From: Microbacteriaceae bacterium
GTDB taxonomy: Bacteria; Actinomycetota; Actinomycetes; Actinomycetales; Microbacteriaceae
Reading direction: 5' to 3'
Assembly: GCA_947444785.1 (NCBI GenBank)
Contig: CANFBG010000001.1
Span: forward strand, 1 to 58,911
DNA length: 58,911 nucleotides
Numbering within the stretch: position 1 is the stretch's first letter; each line of letters opens with the position of its first letter. The notes below the pieces were generated by a model. The model did not search any database. It saw only the letters and a program-made list of their open reading frames with translations, and was not told where the DNA came from. The position numbers and the translations under genes are program-made. Shown here piece by piece: positions 26,394-42,157 of this stretch.

Positions 26394-27590
26394 CTAGAGC
26401 CGTGCGGCGGCCTGGAGGTCGGCGACCCGGTCGAGGCGCTCCCAGGTGAAGTCGGGGAGCTCGCGGCCGAAGTGGCCGTACGTCGAGGTCTGCGCGTAGA
26501 TCGGACGAAGCAGGTCGAGATGCGAGATGATCGCGGCCGGACGCAGGTCGAAGACCTCTTTGATGGCATTCGTGATCACGTCGTCGGGGACGGTACCCGT
26601 TCCGAAGGTCTCGACGTACAGCCCCACCGGCTCAGCCTTGCCGATGGCGTAGGCCACCTGCACCTCGAGCTTCTCGGCGAAGCCCGCGGCCACGGCATTC
26701 TTGGCGACCCAGCGCATGGCATAGGCAGCAGAACGGTCGACCTTCGACGGGTCCTTGCCGCTGAATGCGCCGCCACCGTGTCGGCTTGCGCCGCCGTAAG
26801 TGTCGACGATGATCTTTCGTCCGGTCAGCCCGGCATCGCCCTGGGGGCCGCCGACGACGAATCGGCCGCTGGGGTTGATAAAGAGCTCGGTCGCATCCGC
26901 GTCGAGGCCACTGCCGGCGAGAACGGGCAGAATAACGAAGTCCCGGATGTCACGCTGGAGGTCTGCGGTCGAGATCTCGGGCGTGTGCTGGGTGGACAGG
27001 ACAACGGTCTCAACGGTCTTGGGCACGATTCCCTCGTAGCCGATCGTCACCTGCGTCTTGCCGTCGGGACGAAGATAGCCCAGCTCGCCGGAGTTGCGCA
27101 CCTCGGCCAGGCGCTCCGCGAGCCGGTGGGCCAGCCAGATCGGCAGCGGCATCAGTTGCGGCGTCTCCGTGGTTGCGAAGCCGAACATGATGCCCTGGTC
27201 GCCAGCCCCCTGGAGGTCGAACGGGTCCTTCAGCGCCTCACCCTGCCGGTTCTCCCAGGCATTGTCCACGCCGGCAGCAATCTCGGGCGACTGCGCTCCG
27301 ATGGAGATCGAGACGCCGCAGCTCTTGCCGTCGAATCCTGCCTCACTCGAGGTGTAGCCGATCGAGGTGATCTTCTCCCGAACGATGGTGGGGATGTCGA
27401 CGTACCCCTCGGTCGTGACCTCGCCGGCCACGTGCACCTGACCCGTTGTCACGAGCGTCTCGATGGCGACCCGGCTCTTCGGGTCCTGCTCCAGGAGGGC
27501 GTCGAGAATGCTGTCTGAGATCTGGTCGCAGATCTTGTCGGGGTGACCCTCAGTGACGGACTCGGAGGTGAAGAGGCGAAGGGAAGACAT
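26394..27590 (-). CDS. metK: S-adenosylmethionine synthetase
   Basis: [28 protein letters not shown]. Confidence 0.98.
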   Translation of the reverse strand: MSSLRLFTSESVTEGHPDKICDQISDSILDALLEQDPKSRVAIETLVTTGQVHVAGEVTTEGYVDIPTIVREKITSIGYTSSEAGFDGKSCGVSISIGAQSPEIAAGVDNAWENRQGEALKDPFDLQGAGDQGIMFGFATTETPQLMPLPIWLAHRLAERLAEVRNSGELGYLRPDGKTQVTIGYEGIVPKTVETVVLSTQHTPEISTADLQRDIRDFVILPVLAGSGLDADATELFINPSGRFVVGGPQGDAGLTGRKIIVDTYGGASRHGGGAFSGKDPSKVDRSAAYAMRWVAKNAVAAGFAEKLEVQVAYAIGKAEPVGLYVETFGTGTVPDDVITNAIKEVFDLRPAAIISHLDLLRPIYAQTSTYGHFGRELPDFTWERLDRVADLQAAARL

Positions 27591-27653
27591 GGGGCTCCAG
27601 GGTTGTTCTGCGGTACCGCCTGTCGTGTCAAGGCGGTGCGTGATTCTCGGGCG

Positions 27654-28889
27654 TTAGGACAGCAGGTTCAGGATCTCGTGAGCCACTGACAACTTGCTTC
27701 CCTCGGCATCCAGCACTCTATGCCCGGCCCGATCCAGGACGCTGATCGTGTTGCCGTCTGTTGCGAAACCCTCGGACCAGCCCACCCTGTTCAGGACAAG
27801 ATAGTCGCAGCCCTTGCGCATCATCTTGGCTCGGCCAAGCGTGAGCAGGGCCTCCTCGGTGTCCGCTGTCTCGGCGGCGAAACCGATGACCACCTGCCCG
27901 GGGCGCGCGGACTGCGCGGCGGCCACGAGAATGTCGGGGTTGGCAACAAGCTCGAGGGTCAATGAAGGCCCGGTGGAATCCTTTTTGATCTTGGACTCCG
28001 AGACAGATGCGGGCCGGAAATCGGCAACGGCCGCCGCCATGATGAGTACGTCAGAGTGAGGCTGGGCGCTCTCGACGGCCGCAAGCATCTCTGCGGCACT
28101 GCCGACGTTGATCACGGCAATGCCGTCGGGCGCCGGAACCTCTAGGTGGGCGGCGATGAGCGTCACCGTTGCGCCCCGGGACTTCGCTGCCACAGCGAGT
28201 GCCACGCCCTGCTTCCCACTGGACCTGTTGCCGAGGAAACGCACGGGATCCAGAGGCTCCCGGGTTCCCCCCGCGGTGATCAGGATCTTGCGACCGGCCA
28301 GGTCTGCACTGCTCGCGCTGACGGCCGACGACGCAGCGTGAACGCGCAGAGCAAACGCCACGATGTCCTCCGGCTCCGCCATCCGCCCCAGGCCGCTGTC
28401 GCTCCCCGTGAGCTGCCCCGACGCAGGTCCCACAACCGAGACCCCCCGGGAGGATATGGTGGCCATGTTGGCCACGGTAGCCGGGTTGTCCCACATCTCT
28501 GTATGCATGGCGGGTGCCACGACCACGGGAGCGCGGGATGCGAGCACGGTGTTGCCCAGCAGGTCATCGGCCAGACCCGCGGCAAGCTTGGCCAGCGAGT
28601 TCGCCGTGGCCGGCGCAATGACGATCAGGTCGGCATTCTGGCCCAGCGCGACATGGCGAACCTCGGCCACCGACTCATAGAGGTCGGTATGCACGATGTT
28701 GCGCGAGATCGCCTCAAGCGTCGGCTTTCCAACGAAGCGAAGGGCGTGCTCGGTCGCAACGACCTGCACTTCGTGGCCCAGGAGCACGAAGCCCCTGACG
28801 ACGGCGACAGCCTTGTAGGCCGCGATGCCCCCGGTGATGCCCACGACTACGCGCAGTGAACGATCCGCGGACTCAGGCGCCGTACCCAA
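27654..28889 (-). CDS. coaBC: Phosphopantothenoylcysteine decarboxylase/ligase
   Basis: TGGIAAYK, APATAN, PAMHTEM, GTREPLDPVRF.GNRSSG, GFAAET. Confidence 0.96.
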   Translation of the reverse strand: MGTAPESADRSLRVVVGITGGIAAYKAVAVVRGFVLLGHEVQVVATEHALRFVGKPTLEAISRNIVHTDLYESVAEVRHVALGQNADLIVIAPATANSLAKLAAGLADDLLGNTVLASRAPVVVAPAMHTEMWDNPATVANMATISSRGVSVVGPASGQLTGSDSGLGRMAEPEDIVAFALRVHAASSAVSASSADLAGRKILITAGGTREPLDPVRFLGNRSSGKQGVALAVAAKSRGATVTLIAAHLEVPAPDGIAVINVGSAAEMLAAVESAQPHSDVLIMAAAVADFRPASVSESKIKKDSTGPSLTLELVANPDILVAAAQSARPGQVVIGFAAETADTEEALLTLGRAKMMRKGCDYLVLNRVGWSEGFATDGNTISVLDRAGHRVLDAEGSKLSVAHEILNLLS

Positions 28890-28900
28890 CGGAGGACGTG

Positions 28901-29158
28901 CTATTCGGCGATGGGACGAACGGTGAGCTTGTCCTCGTTGATCTCGTGCATCGCAACGGAGAGGGGCTTGTCGTCGATGGTCGAGTCTACGAGCGGACCG
29001 ACGTTGTCGAAGAGGCTTCCCTCGTGCAGGTCGGCGTAGTAGTCGTTGATCTGTCGCGCCCGCTTGGAGGCGAAGATCACGAGGGCGTACTTGGACTCCA
29101 CCTTCGAGAGAAGCTCGTCGATCGGCGGATCAATGATGCCTTCAGCCCTGTTGACCAT
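28901..29158 (-). CDS. rpoZ: RNA polymerase omega subunit
   Basis: [33 protein letters not shown]; SD AAGGAG, ATG at 29158. Confidence 0.95.
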   Translation of the reverse strand: MVNRAEGIIDPPIDELLSKVESKYALVIFASKRARQINDYYADLHEGSLFDNVGPLVDSTIDDKPLSVAMHEINEDKLTVRPIAE

Positions 29159-29253
29159 GTGGGTGCTCCTTGTTCGGCATTGCGGCCGGTTGTTATCTGC
29201 AGAAAACACCGAGAGGAAGGTGATTCCCCTCGGAAACGTGCTCGACGGCGCGA

Positions 29254-30147
29254 CTAAGCGATCCGACGATTCATCAAGTCTACGACCTCGGAGGCCGCAG
29301 CCTCGACGTCATTGTTCACAACGAGGAAATCGAACTCGTTCTGGGCGGCCAATTCGACCTCTGCCGTCTTCAGCCGACGGGCCTGTTCCTCCTCGGACTC
29401 CGTGCCGCGACCGATGAGGCGACGAACGAGCTCATCCCACGTCGGGGGAAGAAGAAACACGAGACGAGCCTCGGGCATTGCGGCGCGAACCTGCCGAGCG
29501 CCCTGGATATCGATCTCGAGGAGCACCCCATTGCCCGCGGCGATCGCCGCGTCGATTGGTGCACGGGGCGTGCCGTACCGGTGGTGATTGTGAACGACGG
29601 CCCATTCGAGGAACTCCCCCGCGGCGATCATTCGATCGAACTCGGCGTCATCGACGAAGTAGTAGCTCACGCCCTCTACCTCGCCGGGACGCGGGGCCCG
29701 CGTGGTGGCAGAGACGGAGAGCGAGACGTCGGGAAACTTCTCCCGGATGAAGCTGGCCACTGTTCCCTTGCCCACGGCGGTCGGGCCGGCGAGCACCACG
29801 AGGCGCGATTCCGGCCCCGATACGGAAAAAGGCGCACGCTGCTCCAGGTAGGACCGGAGCCGACCCTGCTGGTGGAGGCCCAGACCGCCGAGCCGCTTGC
29901 TCGGGGAGATCTCCAGCTTGTCCAGATTGCGCCGGATGCGCACCGGACCCAGGCCAGGGATCGCCTGCAGGAGGTCGGTGACGCGCATCCCGGCCTCGAT
30001 GCTGTCTGGATGGCCCTGGGCGGTGTCGAGCACACCCACTGCACTCCGTCGCTTCTCGCGAACAGCCGTCTTGATTGCGGCTCTGGCCCGTCGGGCTGCC
30101 ACTGCCGCCCGGCTGCCGGCTGCGCGATCTACCTCGGGGGGCTTCAT
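29254..30147 (-). CDS. gmk: Guanylate kinase with fused N-terminal mIHF-like domain
   Basis: C-terminal Gmk ([31 protein letters not shown]); the first ~104 aa resemble actinobacterial IHF. Confidence 0.92.
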   Translation of the reverse strand: MKPPEVDRAAGSRAAVAARRARAAIKTAVREKRRSAVGVLDTAQGHPDSIEAGMRVTDLLQAIPGLGPVRIRRNLDKLEISPSKRLGGLGLHQQGRLRSYLEQRAPFSVSGPESRLVVLAGPTAVGKGTVASFIREKFPDVSLSVSATTRAPRPGEVEGVSYYFVDDAEFDRMIAAGEFLEWAVVHNHHRYGTPRAPIDAAIAAGNGVLLEIDIQGARQVRAAMPEARLVFLLPPTWDELVRRLIGRGTESEEEQARRLKTAEVELAAQNEFDFLVVNNDVEAAASEVVDLMNRRIA

Positions 30148-31042
30148 ATCAGCGCCTCTCTGAGCTCGCCGGCTTGGCGGCGGATGCGTTCTTGGATTTT
30201 CTCGGGGCCTGCCCCGAGGACGGACCTGGACACGCTGACCACGGTGCTCGCGGCGAGTTCACCGAAGACGGTCCGCACGTCGGTGAACAGGGCACCCTGG
30301 TGGCCGAAGCCCGGTGCCAGGATCGGCAGCGAGGGCAGGGCGGCGAGTAATCTCGGGTCAAGTCCGAATTCCTGAAGGTTCTTAGTAGCGCCTAACACGA
30401 GTCCGATGTTACCCAAAATGCCTGATGATGACCCCCGAACAGCCGAAGTATTTCCCGAGTTGAACTCATGCACCTCCGCGGCGACGAGGCCGGCGACACT
30501 CTGATTGGTCGCCGCATTGCCCGTGACCCGCGCGGTCTGCACCGCCAGCGCCTCGGGATTGCTCGTTGCGGCGAGCACGAAAGCCCCCTTGCCATTCGCC
30601 TCGGCCCACTGGAAAACGCTGGCGAGTGAGCCGGTTCCCATATACGCGGCGAGGGTAAGAGCATCCGCTTCCAGGGGAGAACCCGGAGTCAGCCATGCGC
30701 GCCCATAGGCCTCGACGCTGGAGCCGATGTCGCCCCGTTTGGCGTCGGCGATGATGAGCAATCCTGCTTCCCGTGCCGCCGCGAGTACGTCTTCCAGCGC
30801 ACGGTATCCCGCGGAACCCAGGAGTTCGAAGAATGCGACCTGCGGCTTCACGATGCCGATGAGTCCAGCGGCGGCATCGACCACGCGCAGTCCGAATTCA
30901 CGAAGGCCCTCGGCAGTCAGTTCCAGCCCCCAGGCGTCGAGAAGGTACTCGTGCGGATCGATCCCGACGCACAGCTGTCCCGTGTTCTCGAACGTGTCCC
31001 GGAGGCGGTCGCCGAATCTCGTTCCCGCGGTGTTCGCAATTG

Positions 31043-31046
<4 letters not shown>
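30144..31046 (-). CDS. pyrF: Orotidine-5'-phosphate decarboxylase (type 2)
   Basis: [34 protein letters not shown]. Confidence 0.96.
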
Positions 31047-34335
<3,289 letters not shown>

Positions 34336-34336
<1 letters not shown>

Positions 34337-35505
34337 TAGTTCTTGTCCCCATCGGAGTCGTTGCGTGAAGCTGAAGCGGTGGCATCCAGGACCATGTCCC
34401 GGAAGCGGTCGAAGAGATACATGGAGTCGTGCGGGCCGGCGGCCGCCTCCGGGTGGTACTGCACCGAGAACGCCTTGAGGTCGAGGCAGCGGATGCCCTC
34501 CACCACGTTGTCGTTCAGGCTCACGTGGCTGACCTCGACGCGGCCGAAGCCGGCCGGGGAGTCGATGATGCCCTCGCGCGGGGCGTCGACGGCGAAGCCG
34601 TGGTTCTGGCTGGTGATCTCGACGCGGCCGGTGGTCTTATCCAGCACGGGCTGGTTGATGCCGCGGTGGCCGAACGGCAGCTTGTAGGTGCCGAAGCCCA
34701 AGGCGCGGCCCAGCAGCTGGTTGCCGAAGCAGATGCCGAAGTAGGCGATGCCGCGGCGAAGGGCATCCGCTAGCAGTGCCACGTGGCGCTCGGAGGCCTC
34801 GGGGTCGCCGGGGCCGTTGGAGAAGAAGAGCGCCGAGGGTTCAAGGGCCACGACATCGTCGATCGTTGCCGACTGGGGCAGCACGACGACGTCGAAGCCG
34901 CGGGCCGCCAGGTAGTTGAGGGTGGAGGTCTTCACGCCCAGGTCCATGACCGCGACTGTGCCGATCTTCGAACCGACCGCGGCGACCGTATAGGCCGACG
35001 GGGTGGAGACCCGGGCCGACAGGTTCTGCCCGGCCATGTCGGGGGCGCTCTTTACGATCTCGAGCTGCTCAGCATCGGAAAGCAGTGCATCCGCTCCGGA
35101 GAAGATGCCGGCGCGCATTGCACCGAGCGAGCGGAGGTGGCGCGTGATGGCCCGGGTGTCGACGCCGGAGATACCGACGACGCCACCGGCGACGAGGTCG
35201 TCATCGAGGCTGCGGGTCGCCCGGTAGTTGCTCACGATGCGGGAGGGGTCCCGCACGATGTAGCCGGCGACCCAGATGCGGCTGGACTCGAGGTCTTCAT
35301 CATTCGTGCCGGTGTTGCCGATGTGCGGTGCGGTCTGGAGGACGATCTGGCCCGCGTAGCTCGGGTCGGTCAGGGTCTCCTGGTAGCCGGTCATGCCGGT
35401 CGCGAAGACCGCCTCGCCGATGGTGCGGCCTGTCGCGCCATAGGCGCGTCCGACGTAGCGTTTGCCGTCTTCGAGAACGAGGACTGCTGGTTCTGGGGTG
35501 ATCAC
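34336..35505 (-). CDS. carA: Carbamoyl-phosphate synthase small subunit
   Basis: [25 protein letters not shown]. Confidence 0.98.
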
Positions 35506-36050
35506 GTGAGGGATCCTTCCTGGCTGCCCGGGGCATCCGTGGTCGGGGTCTTGATAAGGGCGGTGACGGCCTCGATGAGGCGCGCGCTGTCTTCAGGGCT
35601 GGCAAGGCGGAGATAGCTCTCCACCGCGAGGGGCTCGGGGTTCTTCGTGCTGTCGATACTCCAGTCGAGACGAACCATTCCGCCGGTCTCAACGACGCGG
35701 TCGATGGTCCAGGTCGAGGTCCCGACGCTGCGGATGCGCGAGGAGGCGACGAAGACCTCCGGCTCACCGGTCACGGCGATCAGGACACCGGCGCTGTAGA
35801 CGCCGACATGTACGCGGCCGCGAAAAGCGAGACCGGGAACCGCGACCCGGGCCAGGGGCTCGCCCTGCCGCGTGGTGGCGACGTAGAGGCCGCTCAGGGT
35901 GAACGCCTCCGGCCCGCGGGCCTCGACGTCGAGTCGGGGCACCGCCAGATGCGCCGAACGACGCTTCAGGATGCGCCAGCCTCGATACATCAGCCAGAGC
36001 AGCAGGAGCAGGAAAACGATGACGACGGCACCGGCGGGAAGCTTATCCAT
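35502..36050 (-). CDS. Conserved membrane-anchored protein of the actinobacterial pyr operon (PH-like domain)
   Basis: N-terminal TM helix, GLYVATT motif; overlaps pyrC and carA ends. Confidence 0.8.
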   Translation of the reverse strand: MDKLPAGAVVIVFLLLLLWLMYRGWRILKRRSAHLAVPRLDVEARGPEAFTLSGLYVATTRQGEPLARVAVPGLAFRGRVHVGVYSAGVLIAVTGEPEVFVASSRIRSVGTSTWTIDRVVETGGMVRLDWSIDSTKNPEPLAVESYLRLASPEDSARLIEAVTALIKTPTTDAPGSQEGSLT

Positions 36051-37379
36051 GGGTTGTCCTCCATTCGGTGGCGTGGGCCGCGACCTCGGCCGGGTCCACG
36101 AGCACGCCGTCGGTGAGGGTGGCGTAGCCGTGGTGGAACGTGTGGCGCACAGAACCCGAGAGGGTCATGCCGAGGTAGGGCGAGTTGCGGCTCTTGCCGA
36201 CGAGGTTGGCGAGGCCGAATGTGCTTGACGCGCTCGGGTCGGTCAGCGTGATGTTCGCCGGGGAGCCGACGGCGAAGTCGTGGGTGTGGCCCGCCAGCCG
36301 GCCTATGCGCGCCGGCGCGTGCGACAGCAGCCTGGCCACGTCGTTCCAGCCGACGATGCCGGTGTCGACGAGGGCCGTCTGGGTCACGCTGAGGGCTGAT
36401 TCGAGGCCGACCATGCCGAATGCGGCATGATCCCACTCGCAGTCCTTGGCCTCGTCGGGGTGCGGCGCGTGGTCCGTCGCGATGATGTCGATGGTGCCGT
36501 CGGCGACGCCCGCACGCAGCGCCAGCACATCCTCGTCGCGGCGAAGCGGGGGGTTGACCTTGAAGCGCGCGTCGTAGCTCCGAACGAGCTCCTCGGTCAG
36601 CAGCAGGTGGTGGGGAGTGACCTCCGCGGTCACGTCGATGCCCCGGGCCTTGGCCCAGCGCATCACGTCGACGCTGCCGGCGGTGGACAGGTGGCAGATG
36701 TGCAGGCGCGCTCCGACGTGCTCGGCGAGCAGCACGTCGCGGGCGATGATCGACTCCTCGGCGACCGCGGGCCAGCCGGCGAGGCCGAGCTCGCTCGAGA
36801 GCGCGCCCTCGTTCATCTGGGACTTCTCCGTCAGGCGAGGGTCCTGGGCGTGCTGGGCGATGACGCCGTTGAAGGTCTTGACGTATTCGAGGGCGCGGCG
36901 CATGAGCAGCGAGTCGTGAACGCACTTGCCGTCATCGGAGAAGACACTGACGGCGGCGCGCGAGTGGGCCATGGCACCGATCTCGCTCAGGCGCTCCCCC
37001 GCGAGGCCGACCGTGACAGCACCGATGGGGCGCACCGTGGCGTAGCCCGCGGCGTCGCCGAGGGACTGCACCTGTTCGACGACCCCGGAGGTGTCGGCAA
37101 CGGGCATCGTGTTCGCCATGGCGAAGACACTCGTGAAGCCGCCGGCCGCAGCAGCGCGCGTTCCGCTCAGCACGGTCTCGCTCTGCTCGAAGCCGGGTTC
37201 GCGAAGGTGAGTGTGCAGGTCTACGAGACCGGGGAGCGCGATCAGCCCGTTCGCGTCGATCATCGCGGCGCCATCCGATTTCAGGCCGGTGCCGCGCTCG
37301 GTGATGCGGCCGTTTGCGATGCGCAGATCGCTCTTGGACCCATCGGGCAGCGTGGCTCCGACTATCAGGTACTGGGTGC

Positions 37380-37383
<4 letters not shown>
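36043..37383 (-). CDS. pyrC: Dihydroorotase
   Basis: [28 protein letters not shown]; ATGA overlap with pyrB. Confidence 0.96.
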
Positions 37384-39004
<1,621 letters not shown>

Positions 39005-39038
39005 TCACCCCCATTCGAGGTGTTAGGCGACATATGCC

Positions 39039-39071
39039 GTCTACTTTGAGTCCACCTCGACTTCATAGCCT
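39039..39071 (+). promoter_or_regulatory. Three 11-nt direct-repeat units (PHO-box-like) ending in -10 TAGCCT
   Basis: GTCTACTTTGA / GTCCACCTCGA / CTTCATAGCCT. Confidence 0.45.
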
Positions 39072-39104
39072 GCGAAGAACACCCCGACGAACAGGATCAG
39101 ACTC

Positions 39105-40988
39105 ATGCAGAAGAATCGCTCCCGACCGACGCTGGCGATCGTCGGCGGCCTGACCGCCGCCCTCGTTCTCAGTGCGGCCCTTCCCGCCTCGGCCGCCCTC
39201 GTGCCGGCGCCCATCCAGTATTCGGCTTCCGATGCGGTCCTGTCTCTGACTCCCGTCGGCAGCTTCGAAACCGGCGTGTTCGATGCCAGCGCCGCCGAGA
39301 TCGTGGCGTTTCACGCCGGCAGCGACCGGCTCTTCGTCGTGAACGCGATGGCCGGCTTCGTTCAGGTCCTGGATATCTCGGATCCCTCGGCCCCGGTCGA
39401 GGCACCATTCAACCTGATCGCCTCCGATGCAACCGTTCCCGCCGGGGTTCCCGCGATCCCCTCAACGGCCGTGGCCAATTCCGTCGCGGTCAGGGCAGAC
39501 GGGCTGATTGCCGTCGCCGTCGAGAACGACCCCAAGACCTCGGCCGGCTGGGTGGTGTTCTTCGATGCGAACGCGGGCACGAACATCCCGCTGGGGGCCG
39601 TCGGCGTGGGCGCCCTTCCCGACATGCTGACCTTCAGCCCGGATGGGCGGACGCTCCTGGTCGCCAACGAGGCGGAGCCCGCCGATGACTACCTCGTCGA
39701 CCCGCAGGGCTCCATCAGCGTGATCGCAGTCCCCGATTCGGTGACCGCGCCACTCCAATCCGCTGTCAGCACCGCAGGCTTCACCGCATTCGAGGTCGGC
39801 GGATCACTGCCCTTGACCGCCGACGTCAGGATCTTCGGGGGTCGTGAGGCCGCGGGTCAAGGAGTGCCGGACTTCCCCGTCTCGGAGAACCTCGAGCCCG
39901 AGTACATCACCGTGTCCCCCGACAGCCGCACGGCCTACGTCTCGCTGCAGGAGGCCAACGCCATGGCGGTACTCGATATTGCGGCCAAGGCGGTCACCGA
40001 GATTCGTCCGCTGGGATTCAAGGACTACCGGACGGTTGCGCTGGACGCCGGCGATCGTGATGGCGGGATCGACATCAAGGCGGCGACCGTCCCCCTATTC
40101 GGCATGTACCAGCCGGATGCGATTGCCAGCTATGAATCGGGGGGTGAGAGTTTCGTCGTCACAGCCAACGAGGGCGACTCGCGCGAGTGGGACGGCTACA
40201 GCGAGGTCGCCCGGGTCAAGGATCTCGGCGACTCACCGTTGATGCCGCTGTGCGCCGCCCAGTTTCCCTCCGACACGGCCGACGATGCCAACCTTGGACG
40301 CCTGAACATCTCGACGGCCCAGGGCCTGTCGGCAGACGGCACCTGCTACCAGGAGCTGTACTCCTTCGGCGCCCGGTCCTTCAGCATCTGGGACGCGGCC
40401 GGAGCCCAGGTCTTCGACTCCGGTTCGGCGCTGGAAGAGATAACCGCCGCCGCAGTCCCGGAGTTCTTCAACTCGAATCACTCGGCGACCGCGTTCGACT
40501 CCCGGAGCGACGACAAGGGCCCCGAACCCGAGGGAATCGCACTCGGCGAGATCGACGGCCGCCACTACGCCTTCGTCGGGCTCGAGCGCATCGGCGGCAT
40601 CGCCGTATTCGATATAACCGCGCCCGCCTCGTCCACGTTCGTCACCTACCTGAACAACCGCAACTTCTCAGTCGACATGGATGCACCGGGTGCGGCCTTG
40701 GCCGACGCCGGCGATCTGGGACCGGAGGGAGTCACCTTCATCTCCGCCCTCGACTCCCCCACCGGTCGCGCGATGCTGGCCGTCGGCAATGAGGTCTCGG
40801 GAACGACGACCCTGATGTCGATCACCACGACCGCAGCCGGCGCAACCGGGGAAACCGGTCCCGCCGCGGCGCCCACGGAGACGCTCGCGGCGACGGGCGC
40901 GGAGCTGAGCGTCCTGCTCACCGGTTCGGCCGCCGTGATGCTTGCTCTCGGGCTGCTGGCCAGGCGCACCTGGTCGCGTCGGGCCTAG
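39105..40988 (+). CDS. Secreted choice-of-anchor I (alkaline phosphatase-associated beta-propeller) protein with LAxTG sortase anchor
   Basis: Signal peptide (..LPASA), SAAEIV, GALPDMLTF, ANEAEP, YQPDAI, TANEGD, GARSFSIW, RSDDKGPEPE, DLGPEG, NEVSGT; C-terminal LAATG + TM + RR tail. Confidence 0.85.
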   Translation: MQKNRSRPTLAIVGGLTAALVLSAALPASAALVPAPIQYSASDAVLSLTPVGSFETGVFDASAAEIVAFHAGSDRLFVVNAMAGFVQVLDISDPSAPVEAPFNLIASDATVPAGVPAIPSTAVANSVAVRADGLIAVAVENDPKTSAGWVVFFDANAGTNIPLGAVGVGALPDMLTFSPDGRTLLVANEAEPADDYLVDPQGSISVIAVPDSVTAPLQSAVSTAGFTAFEVGGSLPLTADVRIFGGREAAGQGVPDFPVSENLEPEYITVSPDSRTAYVSLQEANAMAVLDIAAKAVTEIRPLGFKDYRTVALDAGDRDGGIDIKAATVPLFGMYQPDAIASYESGGESFVVTANEGDSREWDGYSEVARVKDLGDSPLMPLCAAQFPSDTADDANLGRLNISTAQGLSADGTCYQELYSFGARSFSIWDAAGAQVFDSGSALEEITAAAVPEFFNSNHSATAFDSRSDDKGPEPEGIALGEIDGRHYAFVGLERIGGIAVFDITAPASSTFVTYLNNRNFSVDMDAPGAALADAGDLGPEGVTFISALDSPTGRAMLAVGNEVSGTTTLMSITTTAAGATGETGPAAAPTETLAATGAELSVLLTGSAAVMLALGLLARRTWSRRA

Positions 40989-41002
40989 CTCCCGCATCCG
41001 AC

Positions 41003-41063
41003 TGTGGCCCCTGCGGTCTTCTGTTGCCGGTACGCCGGTTCGAAGAAGACCGCAGGGGCCACA
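41003..41063. terminator. Long inverted repeat between convergent genes
   Basis: TGTGGCCCCTGCGGTCTTCT / AGAAGACCGCAGGGGCCACA, perfect 20-bp arms, 21-nt spacer. Confidence 0.75.
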
Positions 41064-41084
41064 ATTGTTTCCCCGAGGGGCTTT

Positions 41085-41498
41085 TCAGCCCTTGGACTGA
41101 GAGATCTTGGCGAGGATTCCGTTGATGAACCCGCCAGAATCGTCGGTCGAGAGCAGCTTGGCCGCCTCGACGGCCTCGTTGATTGCGACGCCGTCGGGGA
41201 CGGAATCGTTGAAGAGCACCTCCCAGATGCCCATCCGGAGCAGCGCCCGGTCGATGATCGGCATCCGCTGCAGGGTCCAGCCCTGCGAGTACGTCTCGAT
41301 CAGCTCGTCGATCTCGTCGCCGTGATCCACGACGCCGTCGACGATCTCCCGGCAGTACAGCCACGAGGCCTCGCGGTCAGGTTCGCTGAGCGCACGAATT
41401 GCCTCGGTCGCGAGGGATTCATTGATGGAGATCTGGCGAACATCCGCGGCGTAGAGAACGTCGAGGGCGCGCTTTCGTGCTTTGGTCCTGGCGCTCAT
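41085..41498 (-). CDS. nusB: Transcription antitermination factor NusB
   Basis: ARTKARKRAL, DRALLR, INEAVE.AK, FINGIL. Confidence 0.96.
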   Translation of the reverse strand: MSARTKARKRALDVLYAADVRQISINESLATEAIRALSEPDREASWLYCREIVDGVVDHGDEIDELIETYSQGWTLQRMPIIDRALLRMGIWEVLFNDSVPDGVAINEAVEAAKLLSTDDSGGFINGILAKISQSKG

Positions 41499-41518
41499 CT
41501 TGCAGCGACTTCCGGAAC

Positions 41519-42082
41519 CTAGTCGTTCACGCGGCTGAGGTAGTCCCCCGTGCGCGTGTCGACCTTGACCCGGGTGCCCTGCTCGAGGAACAGCGGTACC
41601 TGGATCTGGTAGCCGGTCTCGACCGTTGCGGGCTTTGTTCCTCCGGTGGAGCGGTCGCCCTGCAGGCCCGGCTCGGTGTAGGTGATCTCAAGCACCACGG
41701 ATGCGGGGAGCTCCACGTACAGCGGCAACCCCTCGTTGATCGCGATCGTGACGAGCTGGTTCTCGAGCATGAAGTTGGCGGCGTCGCCGACGACGACCTC
41801 GGGCACGTTGATCTGGTCGAAGTCAGCGGCGTCCATGAAGACGAACGCCTCGCCATCGCGGTACAGGTAGGTGAAGTCACGGCGGTCGACGTTGGCCGTC
41901 TCGATCTTCGCGCCCGCGTTGAATGTCTTGTCGACAACCTTGCCGGTCAGGACGTTCTTCATCTTGGTGCGCACGAAGGCCCCACCCTTGCCGGGCTTGA
42001 CGTGCTGGAAGTCGATGACCGCCCAGAGCTGGCCGTCGATCTTGAGGACGGCGCCGTTCTTGATGTCGCTGGTTGAAGCCAT
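41519..42082 (-). CDS. efp: Elongation factor P
   Basis: [29 protein letters not shown]. Confidence 0.97.
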   Translation of the reverse strand: MASTSDIKNGAVLKIDGQLWAVIDFQHVKPGKGGAFVRTKMKNVLTGKVVDKTFNAGAKIETANVDRRDFTYLYRDGEAFVFMDAADFDQINVPEVVVGDAANFMLENQLVTIAINEGLPLYVELPASVVLEITYTEPGLQGDRSTGGTKPATVETGYQIQVPLFLEQGTRVKVDTRTGDYLSRVND

Positions 42083-42157
42083 GAAAAAACGTTCCGTTCA
42101 CGTGGTTGGAGTGGGGCAGCTGAATCGGCCCGACTAAGAGTGTATCTTTTGTGACCG

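Noticed and set aside
27591-27653. SAM riboswitch upstream of metK
   Set aside because: 63-bp spacer with one hairpin (ACCGCCT/AGGCGGT); no recognisable SAM aptamer
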